DNA of 64,000 nucleotides from a virus, in IMG/VR virus record IMGVR_UViG_3300030041_000010; one strand, 5' to 3'. Shown one piece after another: positions 40,195 to 49,934 of this stretch; within the stretch, counting starts at the first letter, position 1, and each line of letters begins with the position of its first letter. The notes under the pieces were generated by a model, which worked only from the letters and a program-made list of their open reading frames with translations, was not told where the DNA came from and did no database searches. Made by a program: the position numbers and the translations under genes.

Positions 40195-41373
40195 GTGCCG
40201 AAAGGAGTAAAACTTACGAGAGAGGAGTTCATTAAAAGGGCTCAGCTAAAACATGGGTTCAAGTACGCTTATGGAAACACGCAGTATGTGAACGGTAAAA
40301 CCCGAGTCATAATTACGTGTTTTAAGCATGGAGATTTTATACAGAGAGCAAATCACCATCTTGATGGAAGGGGGTGCAGACACTGTAGTATTTCAGCCTC
40401 GTCCACCACTCAATCCAATTTCATTGAAAAAGCTAAAGAGCGGCATGGTAATGCATACTCCTACACTAAAACTAGATATTTGTCGGCTCTGACTAGGGTT
40501 TCAATAACGTGTAGAGTTCATGGAGATTTCGAGCAAACACCCCATAGTCACCTTCAAGGTTCTGGGTGCCCCCAATGTGGTCATGATGCATCTTCTAAAG
40601 CCAGAAGTGCCACCTTAGAGAGTTTCATACAGAGAGCTACGATAGCACATGGGTGTATATACTCTTATTCAAATGCTATCTATATCAACGACTGCACCAA
40701 AGTTTTCATCACATGCCCCGAACATGGTGACTTTGAGCAGACCCCAAATAACCACCTTAAAGGGCAGGGATGTCCTAAGTGTGGGAGGGGTAAAGCCGAA
40801 GAATCACGTCGTTTAAACTTGGAAGAGTTTATTAGACAGGCCAATCGAGAACACAAAGGAAGGTACACGTATCAGAACTCGGTATACACGGGGGCTCTAA
40901 TAAAACTATCTATCACATGTCCAACCCACGGGGATTACAAGCAGAGCCCGGATAAACACATGAGAGGTCAAGGTTGCCCGAAGTGTAAAGAGTCCAGAGG
41001 GGAGCGTTCCATTCGTAATGTTCTGGATTCGATTACAGCTTGTTATCAGCCGCAATACAAGTTTTTAGAGTGTAGAGATAGACATCCCTTACCTTTTGAT
41101 TTTGCATTAATGAAGTCAGGGGTTGTGGTGGGGTTGATTGAGTATCATGGGCAGCAACATTACACACCAGTCCGATTTTTCGGAATATCGAAAGAAAGGG
41201 CTGCAATAGCTTTCGGAGGCGTTCAAAAGAGAGACTACATAAAAGAACGATTCACCGCAGACAAAGGTATTCCGCTGCTGGTCGTACCTCACTGGGAATT
41301 CGCCACCATTAAGTCAAGGGTGGTCCGTTTTGTCAACCAATCCTGTAGTTTTTGCCTAGCGGAATCTAAGTAG
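40195..41373 (+). CDS. Homing endonuclease-like protein: four DUF723-type zinc repeats plus PD-(D/E)XK/Vsr-like nuclease
   Basis: Four copies of FI..A..HG..Y.Y..ITC..HG.F.Q..HL.G.GC..C; C-terminal LPFDF..LIEYHGQQHY. Confidence 0.8.
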   Translation: MPKGVKLTREEFIKRAQLKHGFKYAYGNTQYVNGKTRVIITCFKHGDFIQRANHHLDGRGCRHCSISASSTTQSNFIEKAKERHGNAYSYTKTRYLSALTRVSITCRVHGDFEQTPHSHLQGSGCPQCGHDASSKARSATLESFIQRATIAHGCIYSYSNAIYINDCTKVFITCPEHGDFEQTPNNHLKGQGCPKCGRGKAEESRRLNLEEFIRQANREHKGRYTYQNSVYTGALIKLSITCPTHGDYKQSPDKHMRGQGCPKCKESRGERSIRNVLDSITACYQPQYKFLECRDRHPLPFDFALMKSGVVVGLIEYHGQQHYTPVRFFGISKERAAIAFGGVQKRDYIKERFTADKGIPLLVVPHWEFATIKSRVVRFVNQSCSFCLAESK

Positions 41374-41381
41374 AGAACATT

Positions 41382-44285
41382 ATGAGCAAGCACTTCCACA
41401 AATCCTCCGCTATTACCTCGGACTTTCCTGCATTCGATGAGTTTTCGGCTGCGTACGACGTACTCAACCTCAGTGAGGACTACGATTGGTATGCTAATGA
41501 TGCCGAGGATTTTGTTGACGGGTTTAATGAGATGACACCCGATGAGAAGTATAAGGCGGTCACCGGCCTTGTTTCAGCTAAGGTACAGGACTATTACGAC
41601 CAACTGGTGGATTTTTATGAGGGTATGGCTTTTCCCGCAACCCTTTATCGTGTTGTCGCTCTATCCAAGATAGAAGCTCTTCGTATGGAAAACATCGGAG
41701 AATCATGGACGTGGGATGAGCACTCAGCCGAGGAGTTCCTTCCCGGTAATCATGGGCGATTCATGTTGAAGGCCAGCGTACCTTACGAATCGGTGGACTG
41801 GCATGAGACATTGAAGTTGAATTTGGATAGAGGTATAGGCGAGGTTGAAAACGAAGTTCGACTTAAGTTCGACGCCCCAATGGAGCTTGTAGCCTACCGT
41901 AGCAAAAGTACGAAAGAGTGGACACCTATTGCTAAGATGGTTACCGCCAACAATAAGACTGCATACCTATCTCCCGCTACGGGAACACTGGACATTTCGG
42001 TTATCCGAGATTCACGCCCCTATGCAACCATTTCCCTAGACCTCGGAATTCCCAATTTTACTGTGTTTTCTTTGAAGTTTCCCCTTGTGGAAGATAAGCC
42101 AGCCACGATGAGTGAACTTGTTGCTGAAGGGGTTCATGTGTTGTTGGATGAGATGTCAGCTTTCATGCTTTCCCTTGGCTTTGAAGAGAAAATCATTGTG
42201 CATATCTACGCCACCGTCCTAACTTGCTTCAAAGGCATGACCGGCGAAGCTGACTCCAGCAAGTCCCAGTCGGCTATCAGCAAAGACCCGACAGTGAAGA
42301 CCTTCGAAGGCACGTTCAAGCTGCCCATGGAGTTTGTCAATGAGACCTACGACAAGGTAGTTACCGCCGCTGGAAAGAACATCAAGCGACCACCAGTCCA
42401 TCGTCATCTGGAACTCACTTACGAGAAGCCATCAAAGACAACCGTCAACGAGGCACGCACAGTCATTAAAAACTTCCGTAACCGTAGCCTTAAATCCCAA
42501 CCTAGTCCCTTGTACATTATTGTGTACGATTCGATGGGCAGGGCAAGAGGGACAATCCCCTTCGGGCCGAACTTTAAGAATCAACTGCTGAATCAGGTGT
42601 ATAAGAAGGCGTCAGTCGAGTTCACTCCTACCGTAAAATTCGACAATGACATTGAGATGAAAATGACCAACGCTGAGGGCATCCCCAAAAGTATCTTTGT
42701 GGGTGATGAAAAGTATACCCCGGTCGCAACCGTAAGTGACGACATGGCTCTTTATTCAAACGAGAAAGACGAATATGTTGTCAAGTTCACAGATGGTCGC
42801 TGTGTTGCTTTCACTGATTTCCCTTCTGTTGGAGAATTGAGGGATGATAACTACCCAGTTCCAACCATCTATACGAATTGGAAGATGCTACCCAAAGAAG
42901 AAGTGCCAGAATCCTCCGATGATGGGGAGGCGGTTGATGCGCGTGGCACGGAAGTTATCGAGGGCACCGAGATAGAAACTGACCCAGTGGCCGACCTTAA
43001 GGCTGATGACGATAAGAACGAGCAGCTTGAGGAAGGGGTGGATGAATTACCTGAGGGTCAGGAGAAGACTTCAGCGGTTAAAGCACAGCGGTACACCGTG
43101 GTTTGTAAAGCATTTCGTATGATGGGCGCACCCATCAAGAACTGGAATAGCGGGGCTGAACACGTCCGTCTTATTGATGCTACAAATGAACGAGCCGCAA
43201 AACGAGAGGCGCTGTTAGACCTTAAGAACTCTTATTCCTTTGCAAACATTGAGTTCAAGGTGGTCTGGTGCTACCCGGCAGCAGAAACAAAGACCTCCGG
43301 TTGGCGGGAAGATTATCGCGGTCAGACGAAGAAACCTCACGGCATGTCCAGCCAGTCTTGGCAAGCTATTCAGCGTCAGTTGAAGGAAGAAGAAAAGAAG
43401 TTTGACCCCGACCAGTACATAGACCCCTTGACAAACTTGTGGGGTAAGTTAAAACCATCTGAGCGTAAAAGATTGGTGAGTGTGCTCAAAAAACCCACCA
43501 ACAAGACATGGAATGATGCGTACTCTATCATTATCCGTGACACGGGTATGGTATCCCTCTGGCAAGCGGTTATCGCGGTCGATCCTTTCTTTCCACGTCG
43601 TGGGCCTTCATACACAAGTGGGGAGGCTGAACGTGAACGAGTGTGGGAAAAAATTCCTTCTCGCGAAACCCTTATCAAAGCTTTGCAATACGCAAATCCG
43701 GTTAAGCACGAGAAGAAGCCTGATTCTGATTACGACAAGGATTTTATGAAGGCCCTTGGCATCATGAGTAGTAAGAAAGCCGATCATATTGACGATAATG
43801 GTTACTGGGCTGGAGCCGGTGGTGGTGCTTCAGGTATCCTCCCCATCTGCACTACAACGGGCCGCGTTTGCCTTGCATGGCGTAGTGGCTGGGTGCATGA
43901 GGGCAATTGCTGGGGAACCATCGGTGGAGCTATTCAGCAAGGCATGTCCCCCGGTGAGAGTGCCAAGAAGGAGATGCAGGAGGAGGTTGGCTACCACGGA
44001 AGCATCCGGCTCATTCCCTCCTTCGTTTTCACTCATGGGAAATTCAAGTATTACAACTTCCTCGGTCTTGTGGCGTCGGAGTTTAGTCTCAACCCCATGG
44101 AAGGTGGCTCCAGCAATCTTCAATTTACGGACGAGACTGACGCCATCGCGTGGTTCACATGGGATGACCTGCAAAACGACATTAGAAATAACCCCAGCGA
44201 CTATCACTCCGGCGTGCTTAAACTATTGCAACAATCTGGTGACCAAATTCGTGAAATCTGCGAAGCAGCTAGTAATAAAGGTTAG
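41382..44285 (+). CDS. Polyvalent protein: N-terminal ADP-ribosyltransferase-like domain, C-terminal Nudix hydrolase
   Basis: LYR..GESWTW..ENEVRL (R-S-E-type ART pattern); WGTIGGAIQQGMSPGESAKKEMQEEVG Nudix box. Confidence 0.65.
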   Translation: MSKHFHKSSAITSDFPAFDEFSAAYDVLNLSEDYDWYANDAEDFVDGFNEMTPDEKYKAVTGLVSAKVQDYYDQLVDFYEGMAFPATLYRVVALSKIEALRMENIGESWTWDEHSAEEFLPGNHGRFMLKASVPYESVDWHETLKLNLDRGIGEVENEVRLKFDAPMELVAYRSKSTKEWTPIAKMVTANNKTAYLSPATGTLDISVIRDSRPYATISLDLGIPNFTVFSLKFPLVEDKPATMSELVAEGVHVLLDEMSAFMLSLGFEEKIIVHIYATVLTCFKGMTGEADSSKSQSAISKDPTVKTFEGTFKLPMEFVNETYDKVVTAAGKNIKRPPVHRHLELTYEKPSKTTVNEARTVIKNFRNRSLKSQPSPLYIIVYDSMGRARGTIPFGPNFKNQLLNQVYKKASVEFTPTVKFDNDIEMKMTNAEGIPKSIFVGDEKYTPVATVSDDMALYSNEKDEYVVKFTDGRCVAFTDFPSVGELRDDNYPVPTIYTNWKMLPKEEVPESSDDGEAVDARGTEVIEGTEIETDPVADLKADDDKNEQLEEGVDELPEGQEKTSAVKAQRYTVVCKAFRMMGAPIKNWNSGAEHVRLIDATNERAAKREALLDLKNSYSFANIEFKVVWCYPAAETKTSGWREDYRGQTKKPHGMSSQSWQAIQRQLKEEEKKFDPDQYIDPLTNLWGKLKPSERKRLVSVLKKPTNKTWNDAYSIIIRDTGMVSLWQAVIAVDPFFPRRGPSYTSGEAERERVWEKIPSRETLIKALQYANPVKHEKKPDSDYDKDFMKALGIMSSKKADHIDDNGYWAGAGGGASGILPICTTTGRVCLAWRSGWVHEGNCWGTIGGAIQQGMSPGESAKKEMQEEVGYHGSIRLIPSFVFTHGKFKYYNFLGLVASEFSLNPMEGGSSNLQFTDETDAIAWFTWDDLQNDIRNNPSDYHSGVLKLLQQSGDQIREICEAASNKG

Positions 44286-44294
44286 AGGGGATTT

Positions 44295-44513
44295 ATGTTT
44301 ACTCAAGTTGAATTGATTTCCACAAAAGATGAAGTAGCCGTTTATTGGCTTGACCACAACCTAGATGAACACAAAGCACTTCGTGCCGGTCTTGGTGTGA
44401 AGATCGTTGAGGCCGATTCGTACTGGCGGATTAACCGGATTTTTATGACGCTGAAAAATCTAGCTGACTTGCCGGTTAAACATCGTATCGGTACGGTCAT
44501 CGAATTGAATTAA
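44295..44513 (+). CDS. Hypothetical protein
   Basis: GAGGGG RBS; 72 aa. Confidence 0.55.
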   Translation: MFTQVELISTKDEVAVYWLDHNLDEHKALRAGLGVKIVEADSYWRINRIFMTLKNLADLPVKHRIGTVIELN

Positions 44514-44528
44514 AAGGGAGTAACCTAG

Positions 44529-45164
44529 ATGCTTAAAGAAACCATGGACGCTCACTATCCCCACCTCCACATTCGTGTGTCACGTGAGGATACAGGTGAG
44601 GTTTTGTATAAGGAAGACAACACCATTGTGAATGTTGTGAAGTGGCTTTTTTCGAGACTCATGGCGAACGTCAACCCCACTGATCCCTCCCCCCCTTATG
44701 TCCTCGGCCATGAGCCGTTGTATTCGGTGTGGGGTCTTGCCCTTGGTGCCGGTTCACCCACGTGGGCTCCTGAGACACAACCACAGGAAACCCCGGTTCA
44801 GACGGCTCTTGTCCAAGAGTTTATACGCAAGCCTCTCTCGGCCATCAACTATGTTCAGCCGAACAATAATGGGGGCTGGACATCCATTAACACCTTGTCA
44901 ACCTACGTTGACTTTGAGTGTGTTGTGAATGCGACAACCGACAACATCACACAGAGCATTCGCGAGATGGGACTCATTGGTGGTGGGAGCGTATCTCAGT
45001 CTACAAACATGCAGACCGCCCCTTACTTCACGGGTAACATTTCCAATTACGCGAATGTGACGGCTGCTCAAAACACAGTGAATCTCATCAACTACAAGAC
45101 GTTACCACCGCTCCTGCTCCCACCCGGCGTGAACATCATTTTCAGTTGGGTACTTAGCTTCTGA
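44529..45164 (+). CDS. Putative baseplate wedge / fibre-attachment protein
   Basis: NTIVN..LALGAG..IREMGLIGG..LINYKT.P..W motif set typical of myophage baseplate proteins. Confidence 0.65.
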   Translation: MLKETMDAHYPHLHIRVSREDTGEVLYKEDNTIVNVVKWLFSRLMANVNPTDPSPPYVLGHEPLYSVWGLALGAGSPTWAPETQPQETPVQTALVQEFIRKPLSAINYVQPNNNGGWTSINTLSTYVDFECVVNATTDNITQSIREMGLIGGGSVSQSTNMQTAPYFTGNISNYANVTAAQNTVNLINYKTLPPLLLPPGVNIIFSWVLSF

Positions 45165-45211
45165 CCTGTGAAATTTCTTGACTTCTCAGTATTAAGTAGG
45201 GAGGTCAAGAA

Positions 45212-46105
45212 ATGTTCATTTATGTCATCACCAACAAAGTTACGAGCAAGATTTACATTGGCCAACACAAAGGTGCGAATCTAAGACAGTACCTTCAGAA
45301 AAAGTTTTATTGGGCTCGTGTTCAAAAGACAGGTTCTTCCTACCTGTTCAACGCAATGAGAAAACACCCGTACCCCGCTGATTGGTCAATTGAACCACTC
45401 ATGGAAGGTATCGAGACTAAAGAAGAACTTGACCGTTTAGAGACTCTTCTCATCGCTTTGTACGACACTCGTAATCCTGAAGTGGGGTACAACATCTGTC
45501 GCGGTGGCGAGGGACGCACAGAGAAGGGCTGGCACCATAAGCCGGAAACTATCAAGAAAATAACAGACGCGAACATGGGTAGGCAGCTATACCCTAGAAC
45601 CCCTGAAAATGAAGCTATTCGCATAGCTGCATGGCAGAAATATGTGGACGATAAGATTGCCTCCGGTGAGTATCACACGCCTGAAACTCTTGAAAAGTTA
45701 AAAGCTGTCAGAGCCCATCAAGATGAAGCTCACCGTCTCGAAGCCTACCGCAGATTTGAATCTGAACACGGTACAGAACGTCGTAAAAGGGCCGCAGCAA
45801 CCCACACTGGCATGAAACACCAAATGTCCCCTGAAGGTCACCTCGCTATCAGTGAAGCCTTCAAGAGGAGTTCAGCAAAACGGTGGGGTACCCATTCCAT
45901 CATAGGTCAGACCTTCGAACGTCTCACTGTGGAATCAGAAGCGGGGCGTAACAAGCGGGGTCTCATCCAATGGAATTGTCGTTGCATTTGCGGCGGCACT
46001 GCGATAGCAACAACCACGCTCCTTCGTACTAAGCACAAGAAAAGCTGTGGATGTTTGGCAAAAGAACTCGCATTGGCAAATTTACGGGTATTAAACTCTA
46101 GGTAG
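45212..46105 (+). CDS. GIY-YIG homing endonuclease with NUMOD3-like and CxCG modules
   Basis: MFIYVITNKVTSKIYIGQ..GYNI..GG; HKPETIKKI; C-terminal GQTFERLTV..WNCRCICG. Confidence 0.85.
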   Translation: MFIYVITNKVTSKIYIGQHKGANLRQYLQKKFYWARVQKTGSSYLFNAMRKHPYPADWSIEPLMEGIETKEELDRLETLLIALYDTRNPEVGYNICRGGEGRTEKGWHHKPETIKKITDANMGRQLYPRTPENEAIRIAAWQKYVDDKIASGEYHTPETLEKLKAVRAHQDEAHRLEAYRRFESEHGTERRKRAAATHTGMKHQMSPEGHLAISEAFKRSSAKRWGTHSIIGQTFERLTVESEAGRNKRGLIQWNCRCICGGTAIATTTLLRTKHKKSCGCLAKELALANLRVLNSR

Positions 46106-46111
46106 GTGCTC

Positions 46112-46441
46112 ATGAAGATTCGTCTGGAGACTCGCTGCGGATGCACGAAAGAGTTGGAAATTCCCGCACTGGTTCCAACTTTCAATGCACCCCTAGTATT
46201 GCAGCCGGTTATTCATGAGCCGGAGCAGAAGGCTACACTGGCTGACATTCATCGTACTTTTGAGTGTACGTGGGTAGAAGAAAACGGTGTGGTGATGGCT
46301 CACAACAGCCTTGTGCTTCAGAATCTCCAGAGGCGACCAGCCGACACGGCGACTCTGTGCAATGTCCTCTGCGTCATCAAGGACGGGTATAACCCCTTTG
46401 TTTTCAATAATTTACAAACAAAAGAAATATGGGCTCCTTAG
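46112..46441 (+). CDS. Hypothetical protein
   Basis: ORF MKIRLETRCGC.. Confidence 0.5.
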   Translation: MKIRLETRCGCTKELEIPALVPTFNAPLVLQPVIHEPEQKATLADIHRTFECTWVEENGVVMAHNSLVLQNLQRRPADTATLCNVLCVIKDGYNPFVFNNLQTKEIWAP

Positions 46442-46443
46442 AC

Positions 46444-46635
46444 ATGAAACAGATTCCTTGCTCAGGACCGGGTTGTAGCAAAGTGTTCACTAACCATGAA
46501 ACTGACCTACCCCGAGGCGTCAAGTTGATAGAAGTTCCCGACGAGTATCAAGGGAAAGCTTACTGCTCCATTGAGTGCAAGGTTTATGACGACAGTGGAG
46601 TTTACGGGATTACGGTGATTGAAGTGAGAGACTAG
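46444..46635 (+). CDS. Small zinc-binding protein
   Basis: CSGPGC..YCSIEC. Confidence 0.55.
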   Translation: MKQIPCSGPGCSKVFTNHETDLPRGVKLIEVPDEYQGKAYCSIECKVYDDSGVYGITVIEVRD

Positions 46636-47115
46636 ATGGGAAACCCTGAAAATATCTTGGCAGTCCGTATCGGCCCGACAGAGCAGTTGGGTATGGGCGT
46701 TGACACTGGCCTCCGGGCGGTGCTGGCTGTCAATTTTATTCGGGCGGATGTCCAATCTTACACTTGCTATGGTCAGTCTCTGTATATGATTCATTACGAC
46801 GTGGGGCAACTCACGGTACAGGATTCGTTCGCGTTCTTCTGTCGGCAGTTTTACAATAAGTCTTTCGAGTGGGATCAGCTAAGTGCCCCTCCGCCTAATC
46901 CCCTCCTTCAAAACTCTCGCGTTTACCTCATTCCCGTGCCTCAAGCCCCTCCTCCGGTAGCCATAGGTATGATGACCCTCCTCTCTTCGGGTTATGACCC
47001 TCTTAAGGGTTTCTGGCTTCAGTTTGAGGGGAGTTTTGACCTCACCTGTCCTCTTTTCAAGGGGTTTACAGGGGTCAACAGGAACATCCCGAATTACCAA
47101 ATTAGAATCGGCTAG
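46636..47115 (+). CDS. Hypothetical protein
   Basis: 159-aa ORF. Confidence 0.6.
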   Translation: MGNPENILAVRIGPTEQLGMGVDTGLRAVLAVNFIRADVQSYTCYGQSLYMIHYDVGQLTVQDSFAFFCRQFYNKSFEWDQLSAPPPNPLLQNSRVYLIPVPQAPPPVAIGMMTLLSSGYDPLKGFWLQFEGSFDLTCPLFKGFTGVNRNIPNYQIRIG

Positions 47116-47182
47116 ATTAGCCTCGAAATTCCCTCAAAAACACCCCTAAATTCAACTATCGAAGCCATTGTAGGGGGTTCCT

Positions 47183-47794
47183 ATGGCATTGAACTGGCGA
47201 GGCGCATGGAGTGCGGGGTTAACGTATCAAGTTAATGATGTGGTGTTTTATCTTACAGCGTCTTACGTCGCTGTGGACATCAACACCAACCATGCTCCGA
47301 TACAAGCTAACATTGGATCATATTGGGAAACATTTGCGGTTGGGGCACAGGGAGCCCAAGGCTCCCAAGGTATTCAAGGTGCCACAGGCGTTGCGGGGGC
47401 TACTGGAGCAACCGGAGCCACAGGCAGCACAGGAGCTACCGGCCAAGGCTTTACATGGCGTAATGCGTGGTCTTCTGTTGTCACTTACAATGCCTATGAT
47501 TGTGTTTCCTATACAAACGGTAACTCCTACATCTGTATCTCCAGCAGTGTCCTTGACATCATTCCCGGAACGGATGGGTCTAAGTGGAATCTTCTTGCTC
47601 AAGGAACCGTTGGAGTAGCGGCATCCCAAACCTACAGCGTAGCAGGGACGGCTCTTCCAGCGGCATCGGGACTAACTGGAGCACGGGCGTTTGTCAGTGA
47701 TGCTACAGCCAATACGTTTGGCACAGCCTATACGGGCAGTGGAAGTCATACTGTGCCTGTGTGGTGTGACGGTACAACTTGGTACATCGGGTAA
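47183..47794 (+). CDS. Collagen-like fibre protein with two carbohydrate-binding-like modules
   Basis: GXY run (GAQGAQGSQGIQGATG..) flanked by WRxAWS..Y..D.V.Y modules. Confidence 0.75.
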   Translation: MALNWRGAWSAGLTYQVNDVVFYLTASYVAVDINTNHAPIQANIGSYWETFAVGAQGAQGSQGIQGATGVAGATGATGATGSTGATGQGFTWRNAWSSVVTYNAYDCVSYTNGNSYICISSSVLDIIPGTDGSKWNLLAQGTVGVAASQTYSVAGTALPAASGLTGARAFVSDATANTFGTAYTGSGSHTVPVWCDGTTWYIG

Positions 47795-47804
47795 GAAGGT
47801 AAAA

Positions 47805-49922
47805 ATGTACAACCCCCTTTTAACGAAGAACGCCAAGAATCGCTTCTCATATCCTGACGCCGACTACTGGGAGGCGAAGGTGGGTCCGAAGAGCATGTCT
47901 AAGGTCTACCTCGACAAGTATCGTGGTGGTCTATTTGATGGCGGCAAGGATTTCCCTCAGGCTATGCGTGACTATGTGAAAAATACAGTGTTCGCCTCTG
48001 TGACGGCCTCCTCTACGATGAATTCCGATGCCGATAAATTTTTGTACGGCATCGCAAAAGCAATCGGCGGTCGGTTGATTTCGAGCACTACGATACCCTC
48101 CTACATCGAAACCCCTAACGGGATGCTGATTCACCTCAATGTTGAAGAAGGGGGGTTGGCAACCTTCTGGAATGAACAGACCACCAATGAATCAAATGCA
48201 TTCCCAATGGATGACCTAGATGCGGCCATCGAAGCGGCTCGGTCGATTTTACCGATTCCCAAATTACCCTCACGGAAGAGGAATTTGATGGATGACCTCT
48301 TTAACCCGAAGAAGCCTCGCAAGGCTCCTCTGTTTACTAAAGAGGATAAAACCTTTCTGCATAGTGTTGGTATCAAAGCATCCCTTAAACCTGTATGGGA
48401 TAGAGCAATCAATGCTGGAATGCTTCAGTTTGCTTCCAATCGTTACACCTTCACTAAGGATGCCAGTGTTGCAATTCGCTCTGGCCTCAAGGACAGCGTT
48501 GTACGAGTCAACTGTGCTTTGAACCGGCTCCACATTCCGAAGCGTGCCTCAGCCCATGAGGCTGCGGTGAAGGAGATGGCATGGACAGTGGTCACCAGTA
48601 ATCGCAAGCTGGATAAAATGGGACGCCTTGCAAAGAAAGCAGCGAATGCTACTCATATCCTCTATGATGCCGGTCCAACAAGCTACACAGTTCGTGTCAT
48701 GCGAGGGAACAGCACTATTGATGAGTACAACGGAGGCAACTCCCCTTTTGATTCCACGAGTCAATTCAATCGCACAAATGACGACGCTATTGAATACCGG
48801 CGACTGCTTGAACTCGCTGAGCAAACCGCCAAAGAGTATGCAGTGGAATATGGTGTGCCTGAAAATATGATTGACCATGATGAAGACCTCATGGCAGAAG
48901 AACGTGAGGAAGCTGGCATGGATTTTACGACAGAAGATAAGGATGAACTCCGCTCGATGGGTATTAAGGGATCAAAAGACCGTCAAGCATCAGCTAAGCC
49001 AAAATGCCCTCACTGCGGTGCATCCAAGTATGTGCTTATGCCCACCGATTTTGAAACCGCCAAGTGCAGCGAGTGTGGCAAGAATTGGGATCATGGCATT
49101 GTTCCGGGCATCAATGACCCTAGTGATAAGACCGCCTCAAGCTCCAAGAAAACATTGAAGCTAACCAGTAAGTTCCTGCAACCTAAAAAGGGTGAATTCA
49201 CACCTGAAGAAGCCAAGGAATTTCAAGAGCAGAATCAGGGCAGCAAGATAGAACTCAACAAGGGAGCATCATGGGAAGATGGATTGTCTAATGAAGACTG
49301 TCCACTGCCAGACCGCGACCGCTGCAACACAACTGACGCTGATACATGCTGCGGCGGCGGTTTTGCTTATGATGACAAACGTAACTGGGTTGGTGTCCCC
49401 TGCCCATGCAAGGACTGCCACCCACCCCTGATGGGAACCGACCATCCGCACGCTGAATTTATCAAGAAGAAATTCGAACAGGTGAGCAGCCAGAAAACTG
49501 CCAACGTGTACAGGGTTGAGAAGGGCGGAGATGGGGAATGGTACATCCGTGGTCTCAAGGAAGGTGACAGCCCGGACACGTTTATCATGCCCGGTATGAA
49601 TCACTCTATTCGTAATCCTAAAGGGTTGACTCAAGGGGTTTACGAAGAAATTTATGCTGAACTACAAACCAATGACAATCTCAAAGAAGGGGACATATTT
49701 GAAACTCCTGTTGGTCAGTTCATTTGTCAAGGATTTCACGTCCTGCCCCTTGATGATACGGCGAAGGCCGCGCTCAAAGAGGTTGATGAGCAGTACCAGT
49801 GTGTTACCTGTGGCTGTGACCAAGGCGACCATCGTGTGACCCATGATGGGGAGTTCACTGATTACATGGAATGCAAGAACCATCCGAATGAATGTAGGGA
49901 ATTCAAGAAGCAAGTTGGGTAA
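47805..49922 (+). CDS. Polyvalent multi-domain protein with zinc ribbons
   Basis: AAGG RBS before ATG 47805; CPHCG..CSECG; KxA-bounded domains. Confidence 0.65.
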   Translation: MYNPLLTKNAKNRFSYPDADYWEAKVGPKSMSKVYLDKYRGGLFDGGKDFPQAMRDYVKNTVFASVTASSTMNSDADKFLYGIAKAIGGRLISSTTIPSYIETPNGMLIHLNVEEGGLATFWNEQTTNESNAFPMDDLDAAIEAARSILPIPKLPSRKRNLMDDLFNPKKPRKAPLFTKEDKTFLHSVGIKASLKPVWDRAINAGMLQFASNRYTFTKDASVAIRSGLKDSVVRVNCALNRLHIPKRASAHEAAVKEMAWTVVTSNRKLDKMGRLAKKAANATHILYDAGPTSYTVRVMRGNSTIDEYNGGNSPFDSTSQFNRTNDDAIEYRRLLELAEQTAKEYAVEYGVPENMIDHDEDLMAEEREEAGMDFTTEDKDELRSMGIKGSKDRQASAKPKCPHCGASKYVLMPTDFETAKCSECGKNWDHGIVPGINDPSDKTASSSKKTLKLTSKFLQPKKGEFTPEEAKEFQEQNQGSKIELNKGASWEDGLSNEDCPLPDRDRCNTTDADTCCGGGFAYDDKRNWVGVPCPCKDCHPPLMGTDHPHAEFIKKKFEQVSSQKTANVYRVEKGGDGEWYIRGLKEGDSPDTFIMPGMNHSIRNPKGLTQGVYEEIYAELQTNDNLKEGDIFETPVGQFICQGFHVLPLDDTAKAALKEVDEQYQCVTCGCDQGDHRVTHDGEFTDYMECKNHPNECREFKKQVG

Positions 49923-49934
49923 GAGAGGTTAACG

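Noticed and set aside
18951-46636. Systematic TAG read-through fusions at gene junctions (18953, 44285, 46105, 46635)
   Set aside because: About a third of TAG junctions are in frame, as expected by chance. Downstream genes have their own ATG, and several TAGs belong to the candidate promoter motif
48211-48219. Third ATG-ACC-TAG
   Set aside because: Out of frame inside a long CDS, with no RBS
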